Positions 34,871 to 42,226 of a DNA stretch of 42,226 nucleotides are shown piece by piece (positions within the stretch are counted from its first letter, which is position 1; each line of letters starts with the position of its first letter). The position numbers and the translations under genes were made by a program. The notes under the pieces are model-generated. The model ran no database searches. It saw only the letters and a list, made by a program, of their open reading frames with translations, and was not told the DNA's origin. The DNA is from Candidatus Fermentibacteraceae bacterium (GTDB lineage: Bacteria; Fermentibacterota; Fermentibacteria; Fermentibacterales; JCC-6): contig JAWLEP010000012.1 in assembly GCA_041686025.1 (NCBI GenBank), forward strand, positions 1 to 42,226. Direction: 5' to 3'.

Positions 34871-36390
34871 CCGCCCACCACCACCGCCCGGGGAGGCAGG
34901 GGGTCCTCCGAGCCCAGCAGGGTCCATCCCTCCCCGGCGGACCGCAGAAGGGAGTCCGGAGCCTCCAGGCCCCCGGGCAGCCTCCAGGTGCGGTGTATCT
35001 CCCCCCGGGCACCGTCCAGGCTCCAGTCAACGGCCGGAAGCAGAAGCGGAGTGCCGGAGTAGCCCAGCCTGCCCCTGACCGATACCTCCACCGGCCGCTC
35101 CAGGCGGAAGAGGCTCTCGTCGTACTCAACGGTGTCGGCTATGCAGGTGGAGCCGCTCTGCCAGAGCCAGAGGCTCAGGGCCGCCTCGTCCTCCCTGCCC
35201 GCCAGCCCCGCCAGCCTGCGCCGCAGGGCGGCGTCGTAGTCGCCGCGGCAGTAGAGGCTGAGGGTGAAGGTCCCGTCACCGGGGTCCAGGGTCCATTCCT
35301 CGCGGCACAGGGAGGCCAGGGAGGGCGTCTCGGGGGGAGCGGTGACCGTATCGGCGGCGATGCGCAGCATCCACAGCCTCTCACCGTCGGGAACGTGGTC
35401 GGACTGGGCCAGGATGGCCGCCGGGTCCACCAGCCAGGACCGCCTGCCGGAGCGGACCTTCAGCAGGAACCTGTCCCAGCCCGCCGGCACCGGCAGGACG
35501 GGCCGGAACCCGGTGGCGGGAACGATCTCCGCCTCCATCCCCAGTACGGCGCACATGGCCGAAAGCAGAGCAGCCAGCTCCAGCGACGTGGCCCTTCTGC
35601 TGTCCAGTATCCGCTGAAGGCTCCGAACCCTCCACGCCGCCGGGGGGCTGGGCACGTGCATGACTTGAAAGCTCTCGGTGAGCAGCGTCCGGGCCAGGCA
35701 GAGCTGCGACCAGGGGTCGGCGCCGGCCGAAGATGTCTGCAGGGCCGCCTCCCGCAGGTCCGGGGGCAGCGACTCCGGGGAGGCCTGGGGGACCCCGGCC
35801 AGCATCAGCCGGCCCAGGGCGCGCCAGGACTGCAGGGAGGTCAGCCAGAGCGTGTCGCGGGCCGCCGTGTCCGACCGCAGCAGCAGCCCCCCGCCCTCCT
35901 CCTCCGCCGTCCATCCTTCCCCCGCCCAGCGCAGACCGGAAGACGGCCCCTCCAGACGGACCTCCACCACGTCCATTCCCGCCGGGGGAGGGAGCACCAT
36001 CCAGGGCCCCGCGGAGGACCGCGGGCCCCACTCCCGCCGCGCAAGGCCCCACCGGAGGGAATCCCCCGGCTGCAGGCCGGTGAAGGCCAGCTGCAGGCTC
36101 CTGGGGTAGCCGCCGCTTCCGTCCACCCTCTCCCGGGCCCCCTCCGGCACCGGGGTCCATCCCCCTCCGGGGGCGCGGGTCTCCGCATAGAGCAGGAGGA
36201 CTCTCTGAAAGGCGGGATCGTAGGGCACGCCCAGCCGGGCGAGCCCCTCCTCCCCAAGGTACTCCGCCATGACCTCCATGCTGCGGGTCAGCGTGTCACC
36301 CCGCTGCCGGAGCTCCATCCGCATGGTGCCCGACGCCGCCGCCAGCGAGAGCTGTCCCGCAGCGGCCAGAACCAGACAGAGGCGGGTCAT
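34867..36390 (-). CDS. DUF3857/transglutaminase-like protein, catalytic residues degenerate
   Basis: L.F.GLQPGD DUF3857-type motif; IL.SRRATSLELAALL, WDRFLLKV, WLVDP align with a TGase core but without Cys/His; ATGA coupling. Confidence 0.72.
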   Translation of the reverse strand: MTRLCLVLAAAGQLSLAAASGTMRMELRQRGDTLTRSMEVMAEYLGEEGLARLGVPYDPAFQRVLLLYAETRAPGGGWTPVPEGARERVDGSGGYPRSLQLAFTGLQPGDSLRWGLARREWGPRSSAGPWMVLPPPAGMDVVEVRLEGPSSGLRWAGEGWTAEEEGGGLLLRSDTAARDTLWLTSLQSWRALGRLMLAGVPQASPESLPPDLREAALQTSSAGADPWSQLCLARTLLTESFQVMHVPSPPAAWRVRSLQRILDSRRATSLELAALLSAMCAVLGMEAEIVPATGFRPVLPVPAGWDRFLLKVRSGRRSWLVDPAAILAQSDHVPDGERLWMLRIAADTVTAPPETPSLASLCREEWTLDPGDGTFTLSLYCRGDYDAALRRRLAGLAGREDEAALSLWLWQSGSTCIADTVEYDESLFRLERPVEVSVRGRLGYSGTPLLLPAVDWSLDGARGEIHRTWRLPGGLEAPDSLLRSAGEGWTLLGSEDPLPPRAVVVGG

Positions 36391-38174
36391 TGCAGCACCA
36401 CCGTCCTGCCGGCGGGGCCGCGGCACATGGACGCCGCCTCCGCCACCTCCTCCCTGGCCAGGGCCGGCCCTTCGGGGGGGGACAGGTCCACCACCTCACG
36501 GATGCGTAGGCTGTCGCCGGCCATGGCGCACTCCCTGGAGTAGAGCCTGCCCCTGCCCTCTTCCGGGAGGGATGCGGGACGGCCGGGCAGGAGCACCGCC
36601 ACCTCCGTCACCAGGGTGACCGGCGGGTCCGGCAGAAGGGTGTCGGGGAGGTATCCGTCAACCATGGCGTACGTCATCTGGTGGCCCGCCAGCCTGTCCA
36701 GGTCGAAGGCTCCCGGCAGAACCACCGCCGCGCCCCCCTCGCCGACAGAAGCCGGGAGCCTCCACAGGCCGCTGCCCCGGACCTCGAAGGGCCCGTCGAC
36801 GCTTCCGGGACTGTGGCAGGATATGCTGGAGGAGTCCGGCTCGGCGCCCACCAGAAGGGCCAGCATCTCGCCCCGGAGCTCCGGCGGCACCGCCCGGGCC
36901 ACCGAGCGGAGCACCTGGTCTGCGGCACCATCCGCCCTCACCAGAAGCCGGGCCCTGAGCGCACCGGACCGCTGCAGCTCGCCGCTGAGGCGCACCAGCA
37001 GCGTGTCGTCGCCTCCTGCAGGTACGGCGACCATGGGGGAGCCTTCGGGAGTCAGCGGCAGGCATCGCCTGCCCCTCAGCTCGTAGGGGTAGGGCGATAC
37101 GCCCCTGTAGGTGGGGTCCAGCACCCGCCATCCGGCACCGTCCCGCAGGAGGGTAACCACATGGTCGAAGCTGCGGGAGCCCACCAGGGGATCCGGCTGC
37201 GAGGACAGCGAGGACAGGCCCAGGGTGGCGTCCATTCCCGCAGCCCTCAGCAGCCAGGCCAGGAGGACGGCCTTGTCGCGGCATACGCCGGCCCTGGAGT
37301 CCAGTGTCTGCCGCGGCGGCCGCGGCGAGTAGCCCGGATAGAGGCCCCAGTCGCTGCCCAGGTACTCCACCTTGGCCGCCGTCCACCTCCGCAGCTCCTC
37401 GGATGCGGCGCCGGCCTCGGCCAGCACCTGCCCGGCGCCGGCCGTGTCGGCGGACAGGCATTCCCGCAGGGCTCCCCACAGGACCCTCGAGGCCTGCTCG
37501 GGGGAATGGGTGGCCACCACCACCCTGGGCGTCCTCCCCCTCAGCGGCCGCGCCATGGGAAGGAGGGGCACCGGCGGGACGGGGCCTCCGCGCCACCTCA
37601 GCGTCTCCCAGTTCCCCCGGCCCGCCGGCTCCGGACTGCCGGCCCCCAGGTCCCTGACCAGCAGCGGGGTACCCGAAGGCCGGGTCAGGCTGAAGCTCCA
37701 CGAGACCACGCTGTCCCGGCCGCCGGCGAAGAAGGTGTAGGAGTAGAGGTCGGCCAGGGGCAGCCGCCGTATCAGGCGCCTGGTCTCCACCACCAGGGTG
37801 TCCAGCCGCTCCATTCCGCCGAAGGAGAGCACCTGCTCCCGCAGGCTGGCCTCCAGCCTGTCGGCATCCGCCAGCCCCTGGTGGGGCCTGGTGGTTACCG
37901 TGGCCTCCTCCTCCCCCCTTCCCGGCCTCCAGTGGCGCACCTCGGCCCGGACCACCACCACGGTGTCCAGGCCCGACCGGTAGGAGGATCTCATGGTGCG
38001 GTAGCGGGACACGCCTCTGCCGGTGAGGGGCACTATCCTCTGCCGCTCCACCTCCTCGTAGCGCACGGAGGCGGAGTCACCCGGCGGATGGATCACCACC
38101 TCGGATGCGTGCTCCAGGTAGACGGCGTCCGCGCCGGCGAGAAGGATCGCGGCGAGGAGGGCCGGGCCGGTCAG
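36387..38174 (-). CDS. DUF3857/transglutaminase domain protein with intact Cys-His-Asp triad
   Basis: TL.SRAGVCRDKAVLL (Cys), FDHVV (His), WRVLDPT (Asp). The frame is open upstream of the first GTG (38099); proposed CTG start at 38174 overlapping the surE stop. Confidence 0.8.
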   Translation of the reverse strand: MTGPALLAAILLAGADAVYLEHASEVVIHPPGDSASVRYEEVERQRIVPLTGRGVSRYRTMRSSYRSGLDTVVVVRAEVRHWRPGRGEEEATVTTRPHQGLADADRLEASLREQVLSFGGMERLDTLVVETRRLIRRLPLADLYSYTFFAGGRDSVVSWSFSLTRPSGTPLLVRDLGAGSPEPAGRGNWETLRWRGGPVPPVPLLPMARPLRGRTPRVVVATHSPEQASRVLWGALRECLSADTAGAGQVLAEAGAASEELRRWTAAKVEYLGSDWGLYPGYSPRPPRQTLDSRAGVCRDKAVLLAWLLRAAGMDATLGLSSLSSQPDPLVGSRSFDHVVTLLRDGAGWRVLDPTYRGVSPYPYELRGRRCLPLTPEGSPMVAVPAGGDDTLLVRLSGELQRSGALRARLLVRADGAADQVLRSVARAVPPELRGEMLALLVGAEPDSSSISCHSPGSVDGPFEVRGSGLWRLPASVGEGGAAVVLPGAFDLDRLAGHQMTYAMVDGYLPDTLLPDPPVTLVTEVAVLLPGRPASLPEEGRGRLYSRECAMAGDSLRIREVVDLSPPEGPALAREEVAEAASMCRGPAGRTVVLQ

Positions 38175-38914
38175 ACGGCACCGCCGTTCAGGACCTCCAG
38201 GCCGGGAAGGTCGCGAAGATGGGACCGGTCTGTGGAGAGGGGGGTCAGGCTCACCATTCCCCGTCCCACCGCCTGCACGTCGGTCCCCTCTTCATCCTCC
38301 ACCGCCTGGGTCCTGAACCTGCCGTAGCGGAACACCCTGCCCCGTTCCAGCTCCTCGAAGGGGATGTCGAAGGCGAACCGGGCGGTGTGGGTCCAGGCGT
38401 AGCCGGCGATGTCCTCGGCCGGCCTGTCGGGGACGTTCACGTTCAGGACGGTCCGGGAGGCGAGCATGGAGGGAATTCCGCTCTCCACCAGGAGGGTGGC
38501 CACCGAGGAGGCGGTTTCGAACCTGGGCCGGCCGCTGCCGCTCTCCACGCTCACGGCCATGGCCGGGATGCCCCACATCGCCGCCTCGGTGGCCGCCGCC
38601 ACCGTGCCGGAGTAGAAGACGTTGTTGGCCATGTTGGCCCCGGGGTTGATGCCGGAGACCACCAGGTCCGGCGGGGCCTCCATCAGGCTGGTGAGAGCCA
38701 GCTTCACGCAGTCGGTGGGGGTGCCTTCCACCGCCCACCGCCCGGGGCCGCGCTGCCGTACGGTCAGGCTGTCGTACAGGCCCAGCGACTGGCCGGACCC
38801 GCTGCAGTGCTCGGCAGGGGCCACCACCCAGGTCTCGTGGCCGGAGAGGGCCTCCTCGGCGGCGGCCAGGCCCTCCTCGTCGATCCCGTCGTCGTTTACC
38901 AGCAGTATCCTCAT
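38171..38914 (-). CDS. surE: 5'/3'-nucleotidase SurE
   Basis: MRILLVNDDGI, VVAP...SG, GTPTDCV, PDLVVSGINPGAN, YSGTVAAATEA, SLTPL. Confidence 0.97.
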   Translation of the reverse strand: MRILLVNDDGIDEEGLAAAEEALSGHETWVVAPAEHCSGSGQSLGLYDSLTVRQRGPGRWAVEGTPTDCVKLALTSLMEAPPDLVVSGINPGANMANNVFYSGTVAAATEAAMWGIPAMAVSVESGSGRPRFETASSVATLLVESGIPSMLASRTVLNVNVPDRPAEDIAGYAWTHTARFAFDIPFEELERGRVFRYGRFRTQAVEDEEGTDVQAVGRGMVSLTPLSTDRSHLRDLPGLEVLNGGAV

Positions 38915-38956
38915 CCCGCCTCCGGCAGATGGTGCCGCTTCGCCAAGGCCCGGACC

Positions 38957-39868
38957 CTAGAGGCGGCGGGAGAGGGTTATCGTGTGGGAGTCGCCCAGGG
39001 CGAAGTCGGCGGGCACGTAGGAGTAGTCCAGGCCCCAGCCCATGCCCTCCAGGCCCAGACCGGCGGTGAGGGAGCGGCACTCGTCCTCGAACATCCACCC
39101 GCCCCTGAGGTGGGCCCATCCCGTGGGGGAGACCTCGGCGCCGGCTCCCCAGGATAGACGCGAGTCTATGTACTTCCTGGCCTCGGCGGAGACGGCCATG
39201 TCGAGGCCGCGGAGGCCGAAGGCCCAGCGGCCTCCGGTCTTCCAGGCCCAGGGCAGACGGTGGCTCTCGTCGGTCATGGTGACCTCCGGGCCGATGTTGG
39301 CCAGCACCGCGGCCAGGCGGAGGGAATCGGCGGGCCGGTAGACGACCCCGCCGTCCAGGGCGAAGCCGGTGCAGCTCCGCAGCCAGATGCGCTGGTAGAT
39401 CATCTTGGCCCCCAGCCCCAGGTCGAAGCGGCCCAGCCTCAGGGCCCCGGCGGCGTTGAAGGTCATCTCGTGGCTGGCGAAGGTGCCCAGGGGATCGGTG
39501 GTGGCCCCCTCCCTGCGCTCCATCTCCCCCGAGCCCAGCATGGAGGCCCCGGCCCCCCACACCAGCGGACCGGAGCGGAATGCGGAGGCGGCGTAGGTCT
39601 GGGAGGTGGACCCCAGCCAGCTGTTGTAGCCGGCGGTGAAGCTGGAGGCATCCATGGAGGCCATTCCCGCAGGATTTCCGAAGAGGGACAGGCTGCCCCC
39701 GTTGACGCTTCCGGTCCCCCCCAGAGCCGACGCCCGGGCCCCCACGCCGATCTTGAGGAACGCGAACGCGCTGATGCCGGCGTCCCTGTAGGGCTCCTCC
39801 GCCTGCATGGGCAGGGCCAGAAGCAGGGCCGTCAGAACGGCCGGCGCCATTGCCTTGATGCATCTCAT
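38957..39868 (-). CDS. PorV/PorQ-family outer-membrane protein (T9SS-associated)
   Basis: Signal peptide; FLKIGVGARASALGG...NPAGMA; FALDGG, NIGP, LP, LRGG, LDYSY, LGDSH..TL. Confidence 0.85.
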   Translation of the reverse strand: MRCIKAMAPAVLTALLLALPMQAEEPYRDAGISAFAFLKIGVGARASALGGTGSVNGGSLSLFGNPAGMASMDASSFTAGYNSWLGSTSQTYAASAFRSGPLVWGAGASMLGSGEMERREGATTDPLGTFASHEMTFNAAGALRLGRFDLGLGAKMIYQRIWLRSCTGFALDGGVVYRPADSLRLAAVLANIGPEVTMTDESHRLPWAWKTGGRWAFGLRGLDMAVSAEARKYIDSRLSWGAGAEVSPTGWAHLRGGWMFEDECRSLTAGLGLEGMGWGLDYSYVPADFALGDSHTITLSRRL

Positions 39869-39907
39869 GGTTCTGCTGCCCTCCCCGGGTTGGTCAACGG
39901 TTGGCTC

Positions 39908-39957
39908 AATCTACGGTCTATCCGCACGCTTGACAATGGTTCCACCCTTGTCATTCT
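39908..39957. promoter_or_regulatory. Overlapping divergent sigma70 promoters (porV operon / lipoate genes)
   Basis: Plus strand TTGACA(39930-35)-16-CATTCT with TG extension; minus strand TTGTCA(39936-31)-17-TAGATT(39913-08). Confidence 0.55.
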
Positions 39958-40009
39958 TTGCTCTTCGTACAAGCTTCGCCGTACGCATGCGGTTCCCGAA
40001 GGGAGTGCC

Positions 40010-40837
40010 TTGCCGGGATACAGATACATGGAGACAGGACCCCGCCGCGGGGACTGGAACATGGCGGCGGACAAGGTTCTGATGGACATGGTGGAGCGCG
40101 GGGAGCTGGAGTTCGTCCTGCGCACCTACCGCTGGGACCCGCCCTGCGTATCCCTGGGAAGGCTTCAGAGACCCGGGGCCGAGGTGGACCCCGAGAGGGT
40201 GGGCGCCGCCGGGTTCGACCTGGTCCGCCGCCCCACCGGCGGAAGGGCCGTTCTCCATCACGCCGAGATCACCTACAGCGTGGTGGCCAGCCGCAGCCTG
40301 CCGCTGGTGGCCGGGTCGGTGAGCGAGAGCCTCAGACGGATGGCGGGACCCCTCGCCCGGGCCCTGCGCGGCATGGGGGCCGATGTGGAGGCGGGCCCCG
40401 CCGAGAGGTCCTCCGGGGGCCCCCGCAGGCCGGCAAACCCCTGCTTCACCTCCCACGGAAGATGGGAGATAACCACCCGCGACGGCCGCAAGGTGGTGGG
40501 AAGCGCCCAGGCCCGCAGGCCCGGGGTCTTCCTCGAGCACGGCTCCATCATACTGGAGAACCGCCAGCACCTGATGGCCGACCTCCTCCCCGAATCCGTA
40601 CCCCCGGAATGGAGGGAGCGGATAAGGAAGCTCCTGCTGCGGGGAACGGGAGCCCTCTGCGAGCTGCTGGAGGACCCGGACCCCCAGCTGCTGCGGGACG
40701 GCCTCCGGCGGGAGTTCGGCCGGGAGGTGGGCCGCCGGCTGGAGCCCATGGACCCACGGGAGCTGGACGGCGAGGCGGTCTCCGCCGCCGCCGCCGAGTG
40801 CTCGCTGCTGGCTGCCGAAGGCGGGAGGGCGATATGA
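40010..40837 (+). CDS. Lipoate-protein ligase / octanoyltransferase (LplA/LipM family)
   Basis: NMAAD, LRTYRW.PPCVSLG..Q, VRRPTGGRAVLH..EITYS, CF, GRKVVGSAQ, EHGSI; TTG start after a GGGAG SD. Confidence 0.9.
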   Translation: MPGYRYMETGPRRGDWNMAADKVLMDMVERGELEFVLRTYRWDPPCVSLGRLQRPGAEVDPERVGAAGFDLVRRPTGGRAVLHHAEITYSVVASRSLPLVAGSVSESLRRMAGPLARALRGMGADVEAGPAERSSGGPRRPANPCFTSHGRWEITTRDGRKVVGSAQARRPGVFLEHGSIILENRQHLMADLLPESVPPEWRERIRKLLLRGTGALCELLEDPDPQLLRDGLRREFGREVGRRLEPMDPRELDGEAVSAAAAECSLLAAEGGRAI

Positions 40838-41697
40838 GCCGAAGGGCCGGCAAGCCCCCCTGGGTCAAGGTGCCCACCCTGGGAAGCCTGGAGGCCGGCA
40901 GGGTCAGGCGCATTCTCCGCAGGTACGGCCTGAGCACGGTGTGCAATGACGCCCTCTGCCCCAACCGCGGCCACTGCTACCAGAGGGGGACGGCCACCTT
41001 CCTGCTCCTGGGCCGGCTCTGCACCCGCGGCTGCCTGTACTGCGCCATAGAGGGCTCCGACTCCCCGCCCCCGCCCGACCCCGGGGAGCCGGGCAGGGTG
41101 GCCGGGGCGGCCGCAGACCTCTCGCTCTCCTACGTGGTCCTCACCTCGGTTACCCGCGACGACCTTCCGGACGGAGGCGCCGAGCACTTCGCCCGCACCG
41201 TGGAGGCCGTCCGAAGCAGGCTTCCCGGCTGCCTGGTGGAGGTGCTGGTGCCCGACTTCCGGGGCAGCAGGGCCTCCCTCTCCCGCATCGGCCGGGCCTC
41301 CCCCACCGTCTTCAACCACAACCTGGAGACCGTGGAGCGCCTCTTCGCCGAGGTCCGTCCCGGCGCGTCATTCCGGCGGTCCCTGGAGGTCCTGGAGGCG
41401 TTCGGGCGGCTGAGGCCGGACATACCCCTCAAGAGCGGCCTCATGCTGGGACTGGGAGAGTCCCGGAAGGAGCTGATGGAGGCCCTGGAGAGACTCCGGG
41501 AAGCCGGCGTGGAGCTGCTGACCATGGGCCAGTACCTCCAGCCCAGCGAGAGGCACTGGCCGGTGGCCCGCTACCTGCACCCCGACGAGTTCGACGACCT
41601 CCGCGCCGCCGCCCTGGGCATGGGCTTCCGCAGCGTCGCCTCCGGCCCCCTGGTGAGGAGCTCCTACCACGCCGACCTCTCCTTCATGGAGGGCTGA
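40834..41697 (+). CDS. lipA: Lipoyl synthase
   Basis: CNDALCPNRGHC (CX4CX5C), CTRGCLYC radical SAM motif, TSVTRDDL.DGGA, NHNLETV, GQYLQP, VRSSY. Confidence 0.97.
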   Translation: MSRRAGKPPWVKVPTLGSLEAGRVRRILRRYGLSTVCNDALCPNRGHCYQRGTATFLLLGRLCTRGCLYCAIEGSDSPPPPDPGEPGRVAGAAADLSLSYVVLTSVTRDDLPDGGAEHFARTVEAVRSRLPGCLVEVLVPDFRGSRASLSRIGRASPTVFNHNLETVERLFAEVRPGASFRRSLEVLEAFGRLRPDIPLKSGLMLGLGESRKELMEALERLREAGVELLTMGQYLQPSERHWPVARYLHPDEFDDLRAAALGMGFRSVASGPLVRSSYHADLSFMEG

Positions 41698-41712
41698 TAC
41701 CCCCGCACTGCA

Positions 41713-41728
41713 GTTGCATTTGTGCAAC
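41713..41728. promoter_or_regulatory. Palindrome, candidate enhancer-binding-protein site
   Basis: GTTGCA-TTTG-TGCAAC, about 110-120 bp upstream of a sigma54 motif. Confidence 0.45.
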
Positions 41729-41835
41729 CATCCCCTCTTCGCGCGTGGTCCACAGTGCATCACACCCGCGCGGCGCCCGGTCCTGCAGCATCTTATCCGA
41801 TTGCTTTCCATTGACTTAGTGGTCTGTATAATCTC

Positions 41836-41851
41836 TGGCATGGCAGTTGCT
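41836..41851 (+). promoter_or_regulatory. Sigma54 (-24/-12) promoter
   Basis: TGGCATGGCAGTTGCT matches TGGCA-N6-TTGCW with exact GG-N10-GC spacing, 36 nt before the ATG. Confidence 0.7.
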
Positions 41852-41887
41852 CAAACAGCAGTGACAAACCACAGAGAGGAGGACACG

Positions 41888-42073
41888 ATGCCGCAAAGAG
41901 ACGGAAGCGGCCCCAGGAGGGGCGGCGGCGGACGGATGGGGGGCCCGGCTGCGGGCGGCCCCGGCGGAAGGTGCGTCTGCCCCTCCTGCGGCTACGAGGT
42001 GGATCACATGAGGGGGGTCCCCTGCAACACCAGGAAGTGCCCCCAGTGTGGCACGATGATGACAAGGGAATAG
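41888..42073 (+). CDS. Small Gly-rich, Cys-rich metal-binding protein (CxCPxCG...C...CPxCG)
   Basis: GAGGAGG SD; MPQRDGSGP (DUF5320-like start), then CVCPSCG...PC...CPQCG. Confidence 0.85.
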   Translation: MPQRDGSGPRRGGGGRMGGPAAGGPGGRCVCPSCGYEVDHMRGVPCNTRKCPQCGTMMTRE

Positions 42074-42086
42074 AGAGGAGACGAAT

Positions 42087-42226
42087 ATGCCTGCAGGAGA
42101 CAGGACGGGACCCGATGGATTCGGACCGATGACGGGAAGGGGACTGGGATACTGCACCGGCCACGCGGCTCCCGGCTACGCCCGCCCCGCCCCGGGCAGG
42201 GGCATGGGCAGAGGCTGGGGCCGCGG
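42087..42226 (+). CDS. DUF5320 family protein (3'-truncated by window)
   Basis: GAGGAG SD; MPAGDRTGPDGFGPMTGRGLGYC.G...PGY...GRGMGRGWG. Confidence 0.85.
   Translation, partial: MPAGDRTGPDGFGPMTGRGLGYCTGHAAPGYARPAPGRGMGRGWGR

Noticed and set aside
14383..38327. Many long plus-strand ORFs (e.g. 14383-16569, 18503-20320, 23201-24727, 27935-29794, 34648-36543)
   Set aside because: Shadow ORFs antisense to well-identified genes, with Arg/Pro/Gly-rich or mirror-codon composition and no motifs.
39865..40125. Short ORFs in the porV/lipoate-ligase divergent region
   Set aside because: They overlap the promoter elements and the ligase gene and show no coding signal.
41811..41832. TTGACT...TATAAT as a canonical sigma70 promoter
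   Set aside because: The spacer is only 10 nt; the adjacent sigma54 motif fits better.

Overview
High-GC (roughly 70%) bacterial chromosomal segment, densely coding, mostly on the minus strand, with no recognisable mobile element, CRISPR array, rRNA or integrase. Housekeeping genes: scpA/scpB/pseudouridine synthase, era-like, purN, pgi, miaA, mutL, tRNA-Leu(TAA), glnS, map, uvrC, murJ, surE, a LipM/LplA-family ligase and lipA. Diderm envelope genes are interspersed: a T9SS C-terminal-domain protein, a PorV-family barrel, a FadL-family barrel, an Ig-like lipoprotein, beta-propellers, an M15 peptidase plus L,D-transpeptidase, a DUF3857/transglutaminase pair and a polysaccharide deacetylase. The gene content suggests an FCB-associated lineage, possibly Candidatus Fermentibacteria (inference only). 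The most unusual items are: (1) a ParB-like HTH protein that has lost the CTP-binding motif and carries TPRs, placed directly after mutL-miaA; (2) an Era homologue with degenerate G1/G3/G4 motifs; (3) a porV-surE-active/inactive transglutaminase-GT/TPR-murJ run, one gene of which probably starts at CTG; (4) a compositionally mosaic T9SS cargo gene; (5) a sigma54 promoter with a palindromic upstream site in front of DUF5320-type genes. All calls come from reading motifs by eye; no searches were run.
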